57,359 bases of DNA. Source: Euprymna scolopes (taxonomy: Eukaryota). Below the pieces are notes generated by a model, which saw nothing but the letters and a program-made list of their open reading frames with translations, did no database searches and had not been told where the DNA came from. Both the position numbers and the translations under genes were made by a program. The DNA lies in NCBI GenBank assembly GCA_053919585.1, contig CM132790.1; one strand, given 5' to 3'. Shown here piece by piece: positions 24,322 through 38,068 of the stretch (position 1 is the stretch's first letter; every line of letters begins with the position of its first letter).

Positions 24322-25898
24322 CCTGGTCAAAATCATAAGACCACTTAAGAAAGTAAGCGTTTACGCATTTTATCGAATTTTTAATCAAACAAGTCGTTGA
24401 AAATATTGCCAAAAGGAAAAATATGATGGGAAAAAAATGAAATCTGCTTCATTCGAAACCTTAACCCTGATCTAATAATTATTTTTTAAAAAACAAACAT
24501 TTTCACCTGGTCAAAATAATAAAACCACTGATAATTTATCTAACAAAAGGCAATGATAAATTACTAAAAAGGGTCTAAGTATTTAGTATAGCCTCCATTA
24601 TTGCGAATTACTTTAAAATTCTCTTCGGCATGCTTGTGACTAAGTTTTTTATCAGTCGCGAAGGAATTTTATCCCATGTACTGAAAACTGAATCAGAAAG
24701 TTCTTTTATCGAATCATACTGGGTTCCATCCTTGAACACTTCTTTTGCCATCCATCCCCAAAGATTTTCAATAGGATTGAGGTCCAGAGAACATGCTGGA
24801 TGATCTACCAATTCTATATTATTTGTAGAAAAATATTCTCGTGCTTGTCGGGAAGTTTATATCGCAGCGTTATCTTGCTGGAAAAGACAATTTATTCCAC
24901 ACAGACATGGACCTTCAGTCCTGATAGGAGCATTTTCAAGCATTGAAATGTACTTCAATGATGTTTGCCGACCTTTCACTAATTGCAAATTTAGTGTCCC
25001 AGCTAACGAGAAAGCACCCCAGATCATTAAAGACCCTCCCCCACTATGCCGAGTTGAAAAAGTCTCTTTTTTTTCAAATTTTTATCATGCCAATAGTGTT
25101 GAAATCCATTTGGACCATCTAGATAAAACTTTTTTTCATCGAAGAAAATTACATTTTCCGACTTCTCTTCATCTCAAGTCTGGTATTTGGCGGCATATTT
25201 AAGTCGGTTAGTTTTCTGATGTTCAAGAAGACGTGGTTTTTGCAGTCACTTTAAATGATTGAAACCCTTCATTTTCGTATGCCTTCTGATAGTTTAAGGG
25301 CTACATTCTGCTGCTGTTTGGGTTCTCAATCAACTTGATCTCATACTGGAGTTTTTTTAAAACTTCTTCTTATGCGGCGATACAGTGATGGGGTTATTTT
25401 ATTTATTTTTTTTTTTTTTGGTCGACCTGGACTCTTTTTGTGCCCATATTGATCTGGATTTCTTAAAAAAATTGTGATGACCGTTTTGCTACGATTCACT
25501 TCGTTTGCAATGGATCTATGGGAGAGTCCACCCCCATTAAGCTCAAAGATCCTTCCTCTCTCAAACTCTGATAATGGTTTCCCTTTTGCCATTTATAATT
25601 TAGTAAGATGTTTTTTATCTACTAACAAGTTGCTTTTAGTAACATAGAAAGCTTTTCGTATTCATTTTTTCCAAACTAGCCGATTTTATTAACGTGGTCT
25701 TATCATTTTGACCAGGTGAAAATGTTTTTTTTAAAAATAATTATTAGATCAGGGTAAAGGTTTAGAATGAAGCAGCTTTCATTTTTTCCATCATATTTTC
25801 CCTTTTGGATTGGTTTCAACCATTTGTTTGATTAAAAATTCGATAATATGCGTAAACGCTTACTTTCTTAAGTGGTCTTATGATTTTGACCAGGACTG
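24318..25898 (-). mobile_element. Tc1-family (Tc3-like, DD34E) transposon, full length with ~210-bp IR/DR-type TIRs and TA TSD; transposase pseudogenised (~24580-25592)
   Basis: TIRs cagacctggtcaaaatcataagaccacttaag... and ...cttaagtggtcttatgattttgaccaggactg; inner repeat cctggtcaaaataataaaaccac at ~24506; peptides MAKGKPLSEFERGRI, SPGRPK, FQQDNAAI, SLDLNPIENLWG with frameshifts. Confidence 0.92.
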
Positions 25899-26957
25899 TA
25901 TGTATCTAATAAAATGCTACTTCGTACTAAATACAAATACTTAAACATTTTATTAAATAATATATATGTACGTAGCTATGTGCATGCATGCCTGTGTATG
26001 AATGTTAATAAATGTCGAATTTGATACCGTTGTATATGAGTATATTTTTGTGTTGTTCCTGTCTGAAAATATACTTCGAATTCTCTAAAATATATGAAAA
26101 CAGAAAACACTGTATCATATTTATTTTTGAAACTATTTCCAGTCCAGACCCAATGCAGAGGTACCATTGTCTAAAAGTTTATAAGTAAGTGTTTTATCCA
26201 ATACAAACTAGTTAGGAGTTAACTCTTTCTCGAAGTAGGGCTTTCGCAAATGTTTGGAATGATAGCAAAAATAGAATTTTAAATCTGTTCAACCTTTAAA
26301 ATCGTACAAAAGGCTAAAAATGTCGTGTGAACCCGGTGTTTTCTTTCACTCATTTAAAGAAATGTGTTATTTTTAGAAGTGGCTCAACAATATCTTCCAT
26401 TGTTAGTTACACACGGTAGATATTGTTCTAATTTATTCTGTCGGCTTTGCTGACAAAACCGTCTTCCTTCTTTTTCACTTTTTCGTGTTTTGTTGTCTTG
26501 TTTTATTTTGTAATTTTTATTAAAATGAAAAAGAATTCCTTTCGATAACAACAAAAATATTTTCTTTTGTACTCAGATTTTTATACAACTGTTTATCTTT
26601 CTGATTTTATTTTTATATAAAAGGATTTTTCCTCTTTTATTTTATTCAGGTATTTTACTGTTTCCTGCTTTTAAACGTTATGCGTTTTTTTTTCTTTATT
26701 TCTCGCAAGCAATCGATACTTCAAACTATATGCGTTTCATTTTATATTAGGAGAACAAATATATACATATAGATACATGAATATATATATGTATATATAT
26801 ATATATATATGATGACAACAAACACAATCATAAATATGTATATTTATATATGTGTCGTTAATGTATTACTTAATGTGGAGTATATTATGAATGCATTCAT
26901 GTTTTTGTTAATATGAAATATATCATAGTATTAGTATTATTTCGACGTGAATAAATG

Positions 26958-27002
<45 letters not shown>

Positions 27003-27313
27003 TTACTGGATATACGTCTTATATGGAACTAGAATAATTCATATCCTAAAACGGAAAAACGTAATTTCAAGAAAGAACAGTTAACCATTACTTTTATATA
27101 GGCTAGGAATAATGAATCAAGATAGAAATCTATAAACCCTATCTCTAGAATCCTTATTCCAATTTTGATTAATATTATTACATGATTCTGGTTCTGAAAC
27201 ATCTAAAATCTAAAGCTTTTGCTTCAGAAGGTTGGAACTCTCTATGAAGTTAAGGAAATGTAGCTTAATTGATGTCTATAATTTCTGAACCATAGCCAAT
27301 AAAACCTTAGATA

Positions 27314-28195
27314 TTAGATTAGTGCAAAACTAATGTCGTTTTCTTACGTTCAATTTCAAAATATCATAACTGCTTTTATAATAAACTTTACTAATCGAAA
27401 TGAAAACAATTAGAATCGACACTTTGTTGATGGACAGCAGACCACTAAACAGTCACTATAACCTTTTTTGTGCAATTTCGGCTTAGGGAAGTGTTGTGGA
27501 GCTTCTCCGGCATCCAACCACTGCGCTGAACGTCGCCAGTCGTCGTAGAAGAACCACTTCTCACCAAACGTCACAAGCCGCTCTAGAAATGGGCCGTTTT
27601 TGTTGCGCCGAAGGAGCGTAGAATACACCTCACAATCACGGTCTTTTTTATTATTGTTCAATTCATCGGCGCCTATTTATCCGCGTTTTTTTTACTTCCT
27701 TATTTGCTTAAATGGCAACTGCTGAGTGATCGACCCTGAGTTCAACAGAAATATCACGTGTGGCTTTGCGAGGATCAGCTTCAATAAAAGTTTTTAAATG
27801 TTTGTTATCAATGGCACTCGACCGGCCGCGGTCGTCTTCATCTTCGAGGCTCTCGTCATCATTGCGAAATTTCTTGAACAACCGTTGTGCCACAGGCTCG
27901 TTAGTGTTTGGTGCGTCAAACGCATCATTGTTATCACGAGCTGCCTCGACAGTTTTTCGGCCTAATTTTAAGTGGGACAAGAAAATTGTGCGGATTTGAA
28001 TTTTATTCATGCTGTCGAAAATCTTGCAAAAATTAATGAAGAGATGGAGAACGGAAACGAATAACACTATTCAATAAAGCGAAAGACACACTTCAAATTG
28101 ATATATTACATGTCTATATCGATCAATAAATTTATTAAAAAAACATATATAAAGTAACATATGTGAAAAAACGATATTGTTTTTGCACCAAGCAT
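27314..28195 (-). mobile_element. Internally deleted mariner element (Hsmar1/SETMAR-like transposase fragments)
   Basis: TIR-like ttagattagtgcaaaactaatgtcgtttt and aaaacgatattgtttttgcaccaa; peptides FKKFRNDDESLEDEDDRGRSSAID and PFLERLVTFGEKWFFYD..RRSAQW; C-terminal catalytic part absent. Confidence 0.85.
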
Positions 28196-28278
28196 TTGCA
28201 TTTTCAATAGAAGGGTTACGCAGATATTATACCACTTAAAATCCATTTAAATAACAACAAAAACTGAATTCAGCAGAA

Positions 28279-28598
28279 TATATTAATTTATTTTTATTTC
28301 GGACTATTATTCTCATCTTTATTAGTTGTTGTTTTTTGATCTTTTATTGGTTTTGTTTATTCACAACGTTTCGGCCAACTATTCCTCTGGCCTTCGTCAG
28401 GTGGTAACCGCGACGGATAGGAACTTCGAATCTCCTAACTGCATTCTCAGCCATCACTGCCATCCGTAGTTACCACCTGATGAAGGCCAGGGGAATAGTT
28501 GGCCGAAACGTTGTGAATAAACAAAACCAATAAAAGATAAAAAACAACAACTAATAAAGATGAGAATAATAGTCCGAAATAAAAATAAATTAATATAT
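28279..28598. repeat. Near-perfect 130-bp-arm palindrome with a Penelope-type minimal hammerhead core in each arm
   Basis: Arms 28279-28408 and 28469-28598; plus strand cacCTGATGAaggcc...ggccGAAACGTTgtg; minus strand cacCTGACGAaggcc...ggccGAAACGTTgtg. Confidence 0.85.
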
Positions 28599-28633
28599 AT
28601 AATGCTCATTTAAAAAATGAATTCCAATTAAGG

Positions 28634-28708
<75 letters not shown>

Positions 28709-28711
<3 letters not shown>

Positions 28712-28773
28712 CAAATACAAATAAAGTTATAAACTTTTAAAGTGCTCACGGGCTCACGGACTTTATGGATACC

Positions 28774-28776
<3 letters not shown>
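28709..28776. mobile_element. Solo terminal inverted repeat of the DD41D family
   Basis: ttgcaaatacaaataaagttataaacttttaaagtg...ggactttatggataccctg|ta matches the right end at ~30162-30223. Confidence 0.75.
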
Positions 28777-28848
<72 letters not shown>

Positions 28849-28854
<6 letters not shown>

Positions 28855-30223
28855 GTCCATAATGTCCGTGTGCATTTTAAAAGTTTATAACTTTATTTGT
28901 ATTTGCAATAGAAATGATCTGTAAAATGGATTTGAAAGAAGTAAATCTATATTTTTAAAGCTTTTATTGAAATTTTATTTCACTTTACACATGCCCTTCA
29001 TCATTAGCAATACAAAGGGTAATACGATTTTGCAGTTCACGAAAAACATTTGCCAAATGGTTTATTGTAATGCTTCAAATCTCATTAGTTATTCTAGCTT
29101 TCAAATCTTCCAATGAACTAGGTTTGGTTGCATACACAATTGTTTTCACATGTCACCATAAAAATCTAATAGAGTCAAATCTGGCGAGCATGGAGGCCAA
29201 TGAAATGATCCACCCCTTCCGATCCATCTGTTAGGAAGTTCCTGATTTAGAAACTGTCTAACATGCCGAGCAAAGTGGCATGGAGCTCCATCTTGTTGAA
29301 ACACTGTATCATCTTTCAAGTTTAATTGTTCAAGTTTCGGAATAAAGTAATTCTGCAACATATCTAAGTAGCTGTCACTGTTAATAACACGATCATCAAA
29401 AAAATATGGCCATATGATTCGATTTATTCCCAAAGCACATCATACATTAACTTTAAGAGAGTCCGTATCATGTTCAACAGTTTCATTTGGGTTTTCAGTT
29501 CCCCAAATTCAGCAATTATGCCTGTTGATCTTGCCACTAATTTAAAATGTTGCTTCATCAGAAAACAGTAAATTACTCACAAATGCATCATCATTGCAAA
29601 GTTTTTCATTGAACTGGTGACAGAAAGTTAGCCGTGCATAATAATCCTCTTCTAACAACTGTTGATGTAATTGAATTTTGTAAGTTTTGCCCGCAGAATC
29701 TTATGCACAGTAGACTTTGGCAGCCCGAGCTCCAATGATGCCCGTCTTACAGACTTTATTGGACTTGCAGTAAATGATTCTTCTATGGAAGCAACACTTT
29801 CGTGACTGACACAGGGACTTCCAGACCGTGGTTTATCATGGACAGAGACTATCTCTTTAAATTTTTTCATCCATTTAACAATGGTGTTCCTATGAGGCGC
29901 TATTTTTATTGTATTCAATTCTAAACTTTCTTTGTACAGCAATAGTAGATTTCAATTCAGCCAACCAAAGGACACAGTTTACTTTTTCCTCAATTGAAGC
30001 CATGGGATCAAATTGATTCTGAAAAACAAAAGAAAATATTTTTTACTTATTTTTTACTTATCTAAAAATTGTTACAAATTTTGTGGTGAAAAATTATTCA
30101 ATAACTATACTTAAAACTAGATACTTGAATCTTTATAACAATTTTTTACAGATTATTTCTATCGCAAATATAAATAAAGTTATACATTTTTAAAAAGTGC
30201 ACACGAACTTTATGTACACCCTG
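28849..30223 (-). mobile_element. Tc1/mariner DD41D (rosa/Visitor-type) transposon, full length, pseudogenised transposase
   Basis: ~80-bp TIRs (agggtgtccataatgtccgtgtgca... and ...tgcacacgaactttatgtacaccctg) within TA tracts; LFSDEA; QQD followed by 41 residues and then D in WIGRGG..WPPCSPDLTLLDF. Confidence 0.88.
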
Positions 30224-30279
<56 letters not shown>

Positions 30280-30650
30280 TATATATAGATATGTGTGTGT
30301 GTCAACATAAGTAAATACAGCCGTTATAAAAAAATTAATATATACATTTTGCACATCTCTTTTATAAATTAAGATTGCAGCTACTTTTTAATATTATTAT
30401 GATAACTTTTCTATAATTTTCAATATATTTTAATCACTTTATATTCACTCATTACTATTCTCTTTACCCTCACTAAGATGTATTTTATAAGTATTTTATC
30501 ATTATTAACAATTATGTTTTTAATTTTTATTTCTTCTCATACATCAAATCAATTATTATGATTATAATCTCTAGTATTGCTTTTATTACTTCGATTATGA
30601 ATTAATTAGATATTTTCATAACTTATAATTCATAATTATATATTTTTCTC

Positions 30651-30654
<4 letters not shown>

Positions 30655-30714
<60 letters not shown>
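30655..30714. repeat. (ATT)n microsatellite
   Basis: Direct reading. Confidence 0.95.
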
Positions 30715-30715
<1 letters not shown>

Positions 30716-32169
30716 TATATTCTATGATTACTAACATTATTATTTCTCTTTATATATTAATATATATTTATAGTAGTATTGTCTGGTGCAACCAGATCAG
30801 GCTGTCTGAAGATATTAGCTTCCTAAGACAAAATGCATTATTGAAGCTTTTTGTTTTTCTACTTCTTTTTGCAAAACTTAATTATGTTCTGCAAAAACAA
30901 AACCCAAAACAACCCACCTTTTCCCCCCTTTTACTTCTCTCCAGACTCCCTTTCTCTTTCTATCTCCCACACTTCTTGACTGGTTTGCTTACTTAAAAAT
31001 GTATCAAATATTAATACTGTAACTTTCCCCTCTCTCATTGCAAAACTCATTCATGTCCTGCAGGACAAGGAACAAAAACAATACATCCACTATAAACACT
31101 ACAAGCTAGCGATTGAAGATACAAAAAGCTTGAAGAATAATAACCTTTTACAAAATAATTGTCATGAATACTATTTCCAAAAAATAATTGTCATGAATAC
31201 TATTTCCAAAATAACTGGATTCGGAATTAAATAGCCTGAAAAGGGTTGATATACCGTAAAAAAACAACTAAAACAAACTTAGTATTATTGTCTGTATGCA
31301 TACGCATGTGGGGTATGTAATAATCTGATGACTATATCTGTATATATTTACGGGTTTTTATATGTTAGTATGTGTATATGTGTTCGTGNNNNNNNNNNNN
31401 NNNNNNNNNNNNNNNNNNNNNNNNNNNNNNNNNNNNNNNNNNNNNNNNNNNNNNNNNNNNNNNNNNNNNNNNNNNNNNNNNNNNNNNNNNNNNNNNNNNN
31501 NNNNNNNNNNNNNNNNNNNNNNNNNNNNNNNNNNNNNNNNNNNTATGTATTTGCATGCAAATATATATCTATGTGTATATCTATATTGGTGTTTCTCATC
31601 ATCGTTATCATTTTTAATACAAAACGGGTAGTTATATATCCTCATTATATTATTTATAATTTTAAGATTATGAATATTTTATTTTTTATACATTTTTATG
31701 TTATATTTAGGTTTCATATTTTTATTTTATATGTTATATTTTTTCTCATAATTTTATTATTATTATTATCACATAATAACTAACTCCCGAATACTTAAAA
31801 AAGTAAAAAGCCACAACATTCCCTAACTAGACCTTAGTTCTTCCTCAGCATTATCGACAAGTACAGTATTGCCAACATTTGTACCAGCATCACTACCTTA
31901 GTAAATGTTTAAACTGGATGATGACCAGTTAGCATTGGAGGTATCTAAGATCATTGAGAAGCCCCATGGAATAGAGTTGAAGGAAAAACTTAAGCTGCCA
32001 AAAGTACAATCTACGATATCAATCAGGATAGCAATAAAAAGGGTGAAGTTTGTTGTACAGAGACTTGCACAATGGAACACATTCCATCACAAAGGTAAAG
32101 CAGATATCTTAGGACTCTTCTTTGTTAAGAAAAAGGGCCTTTTTTTTCCAACAGCAAAAATTAATCCAC

Positions 32170-32459
32170 TGTGAAAAATTTCCCCCACTCTATATCTGTG
32201 TCTAAATCAAAACGCGGATTCCATGAACAAAGCTTCTTTCTTAGAACTGCACGCCTGTGGAACTCTGTTCCGTCTGCCTGCTTCCCTCCAGACTACAACT
32301 TGGATGTCTTCAAGTCCAATGTTAAAAAATTCCTAATGAACCGCCCCCTTAATTAAACACTTCATCAAATCTCCACACTAACGTAATGTACTTGCAATAA
32401 CCCTTATCCCTGAGTGGCTTCCGAGCCTTGATAAGTGGTGATCACTGTGTAAAAAAAAT
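32170..32459 (+). mobile_element. 5'-truncated CR1-like 3' fragment with poly(A)
   Basis: PHSISVSKSKRGFHEQSFFLRTARLWNSVPSACFP..YNLDVFKSNV is homologous to the C-terminus of the 970-aa ORF; 3'UTR followed by an A tail. Confidence 0.85.
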
Positions 32460-32765
32460 GATAAGAGTCCAGGGCCAAAAGCAAAACTTCACTGGAAACG
32501 GAAGCTCTAAAAATTAGCTGAACCGTTGGATAAAGGAATTTTCTAACATAAAACAATTCATTGTCGCCCTTGCAATGCAGAGATTACTGAAGAATATCGT
32601 CTGCATGCTCGGTGTAAAGTACAGCAGTAAAGTAGAGAAGATTCAGAATGTAGCGAGAGAATTCGAGGTCAAGATCCCAGCATTTGCTAAAAAATTAAAG
32701 AAAAAGCAAAAAAAAAGAATAGGACAAAATGAAAAAAATAACGGTTTAAGCAACACGCACAAATA

Positions 32766-32881
32766 TACTATCACACCTTAATACTATCACACAATAACGG
32801 TTGAACAGACCCCTTAATACTATCACACAGCGGTTGAACAGACTCCTTAATACTATCACACAATAACGGTTGAACAGACCC
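32766..32881. repeat. Tandem repeat of 33-36 bp (ccttaatactatcacacaataacggttgaacagac), ~3 copies
   Basis: Direct reading. Confidence 0.9.
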
Positions 32882-34773
32882 CAGAAAAGCAAAAGCTAGA
32901 GGATCATTAGAGGCCTCTGTTCGAGAATGAACATTCTTACAACGAGGAGGCCAAATAGATTGTGGATATTGAAAAAAAAACGGAAATAACCCAGAAATGC
33001 CAGAACCAGAGATAACAGCTGACATGATAAAATAAAAGGTGATGTGGTCAGGAAGTATAAAACGTCCTAATTTTTGGCTTAAGCAACCTACAGCAATTCA
33101 TAATATTTATAGCAATTGCTTCACTAAACTGTTGTGGGGGTAAGTGGTCACATCAGCATGGGTGTTAAAAGGAGATACATCCCTCATACTCAAAACGAGT
33201 GTAACATAAAGGTATGTAAGTACATACCTATCTGTTGTCTCACTACGCCGTACAAGTTTTTTACTATTGGTTAGAATGCTGACAGAATTTATCAATATCT
33301 CTCCTATGAAGCATACCATGGTAAAAGAACAAACGAGATGGAGAAGAAAGTGTTAGGGTACGTAGGACCAATTGCTAATTAATACATCATCATTTAGGAC
33401 TATGGCTAGAGACAGAAAATAAACATGGCCTTGATTGATTATCAAAATGCATATATGATAATGTCCCTTACACTTGGTTAATCATTTATATAAGATACAT
33501 CCAGTAATCAAGGATAACATGGCTATCCATATAAATATGGGGCAAACAACAATGTCATCAAATCACGTTAACGGAACAGTAAAAATCCATAACACCAACG
33601 ACATAAGAGGACTATTCCAAATACATATGTCTTTTTACTTATTTACCTGGCGATAAATACGTTAAACAAGTTACTACATAAAACCGGAGTGCTTACAATC
33701 TGAGTCAAAGCCGCAAACAAGACCAGAACTAACGAGTCAACCACCTGCTCTTCACAAATATACCTCAAGCTGTATGCCAACTGAGACGTGCACTTAAGTC
33801 AACTCTTACAGGTCATACATAAGTTCACCAGAGATATTTAAATGAAATTTGGTTTGGACAAATGTGCTAAGTGCTAATAGAAGGTCCAAATGGAAAAATA
33901 TAATGCTTGATGAAGATACTGACGTCAAGGACGTGTAAAGAAAATCTGTAAAAAAAAACTAACAAACAATAGCAAGACCACTGCCATTAACTAACCAAGC
34001 ATGTCTGTAATAACATACAGCTTTTGCATTGTCGACTGGCTACACAGGGATATAAACAAACTGAACACTAAAACGTGGGAAATGTTGACATTGTATAAAA
34101 TAACATAAAGAAACAAGTTTCTGCTTAGGCTGTATCTGCCCAGACAAGAAGAAAGTATGAGTTTCTCAAACAATTGGCCATCAGCATATTGCGGCTATCG
34201 TGAACACCGAGCAATATATGATGAGCTACCCAAATCCAAACGTCAAAATAGTGCACTAATATCACGAAAGATGAGACCACAGAACATCATCAATCACGAA
34301 ACTGACAAAACATTTTGGACAAAACTGTCTTATAAATGAGACAGAATTAGAAAACAAGTCTACTACAGAAATATCTCAAAGGAGTCGTACACATTCATTA
34401 AAAACTTCCTTTTCAAATAACTGGAAGATTTGGCCAACCAACAGCGTGCCATATATTTCTGGGTGATTTTCCCCAGGACTATATAAATGAGGAATCCTCT
34501 ATAGATTGGCTTAATCAGGAGAATATTATAATGGCTGCCCCAGATCAAGGCTTGATGATTAATGCTTTTTAAAAAGATGAGTTGTACCAGCAATGCCAAC
34601 TTACATACTCTGTCACACAGAGGCTGAGAGTCTGAGCCACCTGACATTCATTTGTAAGGTTATGACGAGGGGACGGGTATTATACGACTCCACACAATGA
34701 AGTGTGTGAATATCTCCACTAGACGATCTGTAAAAGGTTTACTATCAAATGCAACAGCAAATCCTGGGAACAT

Positions 34774-37700
34774 AATTATTGGTTAAACATTATCCACCAA
34801 AATTATTGGTTGAACATTATCCACCAACATTATTGGTTAAACATTATCTACCAAAATTATTGGTTAAACATTATCCACCAAAATTATTGGTTGAACATTA
34901 TCCACCAAAATTATTGGTTTAACATTATCCACCAAAATTATTGGTTTAACATTATCTACCAAAATTATTGGTTAAACATTATCCACCAAGATTATTGGTT
35001 TAACATTATCCACCAAAATTATTAGTTTAACATTATCTACCAAAATTATTGGTTAAACATTATCTACCAAAATTATTGGTTAAACATTATCTACCAAAAT
35101 TATTGGTTAAACATTATCCACCAAAATTATTGGTTGAACATTATCCACCAAAATTATTGGTTAAACATTATCCACCAAAATTATTGGTTTAACATTATCT
35201 ACCAAAATTATTGGTTTAACATTATCCACCAAAATTATTGGTTTAACATTATCTACCAAAATTATTGGTTAAACATTATCCACCAAAATTATTGGTTAAA
35301 CATTATCTACCAAAATTATTGGTTAAACATTATCCACCAAAATTATTGGTTTAACATTATCCACCAAAATTATTGGTTTAACATTATCTACCAAAATTAT
35401 TGGTTAAACATTATCTACCAAAATTATTGGTTAAACATTATCTACCAAAATTATTGGTTAAACATTATCTACCAAAATTATTGGTTGAACATTATCCACC
35501 AAAATTATTGGTTTAACATTATCCACCAAAATTATTGGTTAAACATTATCCACCAAAATTATTGGTTTAACATTATCCACCAAAATTATTGGTTTAACAT
35601 TATCTACCAAAATTATTGGTTAAACATTATCTACCAAAATTATTGGTTAAACATTATCTACCAAAATTATTGGTTAAACATTATCCACCAAAATTATTGG
35701 TTGAACATTATCCACCAAAATTATTGGTTTAACATTATCCACCAAAATTATTGGTTTAACATTATCCACCAAAATTATGGGTTAAACATTATCTACCAAA
35801 ATTATTGGTTAAACATTATCTACCAAAATTATTGGTTGAACATTATCTACCAAAATTATTGGTTGAACATTATCCACCAAAATTTTTGGTTAAACATTAT
35901 CCACCAAAATTATTGGTTTAACATTATCTACCAAAATTATTGGTTTAACATTATCCACCAAAATTATTGGTTTAACATTATCTACCAAAATTATTGGTTA
36001 AACATTATCCACCAAAATTATTGGTTAAACATTATCTACCAAAATTATTGGTTAAACATTATCCACCAAAATTATTGGTTTAACATTATCCACCAAAATT
36101 ATTGGTTTAACATTATCTACCAAAATTATTGGTTAAACATTATCTACCAAAATTATTGGTTAAACATTATCTACCAAAATTATTGGTTAAACATTATCTA
36201 CCAAAATTATTGGTTGAACATTATCCACCAAAATTATTGGTTTAACATTATCCACCAAAATTATTGGTTAAACATTATCCACCAAAATTATTGGTTTAAC
36301 ATTATCCACCAAAATTATTGGTTTAACATTATCTACCAAAATTATTGGTTAAACATTATCTACCAAAATTATTGGTTAAACATTATCTACCAAAATTATT
36401 GGTTAAACATTATCCACCAAAATTATTGGTTGAACATTATCCACCAAAATTATTGGTTTAACATTATCCACCAAAATTATTGGTTTAACATTATCCACCA
36501 AAATTATGGGTTAAACATTATCTACCAAAATTATTGGTTAAACATTATCTACCAAAATTATTGGTTGAACATTATCCACCAAAATTTTTGGTTAAACATT
36601 ATCAACCAAAATTTTGGTTGAACATTATCCACCAAAATTATTGGTTTAACATTATCCACCAAAATTATTGGTTAAACATTATCCACCAAAATTATTGGTT
36701 TAACATTATCCACCAAAATTATTGGTTTAACATTATCCACCAAAATTATTTGTTAAACATTATCTACCAAAATTATTGGTTAAACATTATCTACCAAAAT
36801 TATTGGTTAAACATTATCCACCAAAATTATTGGTTGAACATTATCCACCAAAATTATTGGTTAAACATTATCCACCAAAATTATTGGTTTAACATTATCC
36901 ACCAAAATTATTGGTTTAACATTATCTACCAAAATTATTGGTTAAACATTATCCACCAAAATTATTGGTTGAACATTATCCACCAAAATTATTGGTTTAA
37001 CATTATCCACCAAAATTATTGGTTTAACATTATCTACCAAAATTATTGGTTAAACATTATCTACCAAAATTATTGGTTAAACATTATCTACCAAAATTAT
37101 TGGTTAAACATTATCTACCAAAATTATTGGTTGAACATTATCCACCAAAATTATTGGTTTAACATTATCCACCAAAATTATTGGTTAAACATTATCCACC
37201 AAAATTATTGGTTTAACATTATCCACCAAAATTATTGGTTTAACATTATCTACCAAAATTATTGGTTAAACATTATCTACCAAAATTATTGGTTAAACAT
37301 TATCTACCAAAATTATTGGTTAAACATTATCCACCAAAATTATTGGTTGAACATTATCCACCAAAATTATTGGTTTAACATTATCCACCAAAATTATTGG
37401 TTTAACATTATCTACCAAAATTATTGGTTAAACATTATCTACCAAAATTATTGGTTAAACATTATCTACCAAAATTATTGGTTAAACATTATCCACCAAA
37501 ATTATTGAGTGAACATTATCCACCAAAATTATTGGTTTAACATTATCCACCAAAATTATTGGTTTAACATTATCCACCAAAATTATGGGTTAAACATTAT
37601 CTACCAAAATTATTGGTTAAACATTATCTACCAAAATTATTGGTTGAACATTATCTACCAAAATTATTGGTTGAACATTATCCACCAAAATTTTTGGTTA

Positions 37701-38068
37701 AACATTATCCACCAAAATTTTGGTTGAACATTATCCACCAAAATTATTGGTTTAACATTATCCACCAAAATTATTGGTTAAACATTATCCACCAAAATTA
37801 TTGGTTTAACATTATCCACCAAAATTATTGGTTTAACATTATCCACCAAAATTATTGGTTAAACATTATCTACCAAAATTATTGGTTAAACATTATCTAC
37901 CAAAATTATTGGTTGAACATTATCTACCAAAATTATTGGTTGAACATTATCCACCAAAATTATTGGTTAAACATTATCCACCAAAATTTTGGTTGAACAT
38001 TATCCACCAAAATTATTGGTTAAACATTATCCACCAAAATTAATGGTTAAACATTATCCACCAAAAAA
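34774..38068. repeat. 27-bp minisatellite, aacattatc(c/t)accaaaattattggtt(a/t/g), ~120 copies with higher-order structure
   Basis: Direct reading; produces the spurious NIIHQNYWL / KHYPPKLLV repeat ORFs. Confidence 0.98.

Noticed and set aside
10587-31645. ORFs spanning N-gaps (21479-21617, 22273-22422, 31389-31543; a further gap at 10587-10725) and YIYI-rich ORFs
   Set aside because: Artefacts of assembly gaps and (TA)n microsatellites.
34810-38043. Long ORFs (495 aa, 324 aa and others) of NIIHQNYWL repeats as a real protein
   Set aside because: They follow from a 27-bp unit lacking stops in one frame. The starts are non-ATG, 1-bp deletions shift the frame, and there is no unique domain.
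34774-38068. CRISPR-like array (GTT..AAC-containing repeats)
   Set aside because: Units are contiguous with no unique spacers, no cas genes are present, and the context is eukaryotic.
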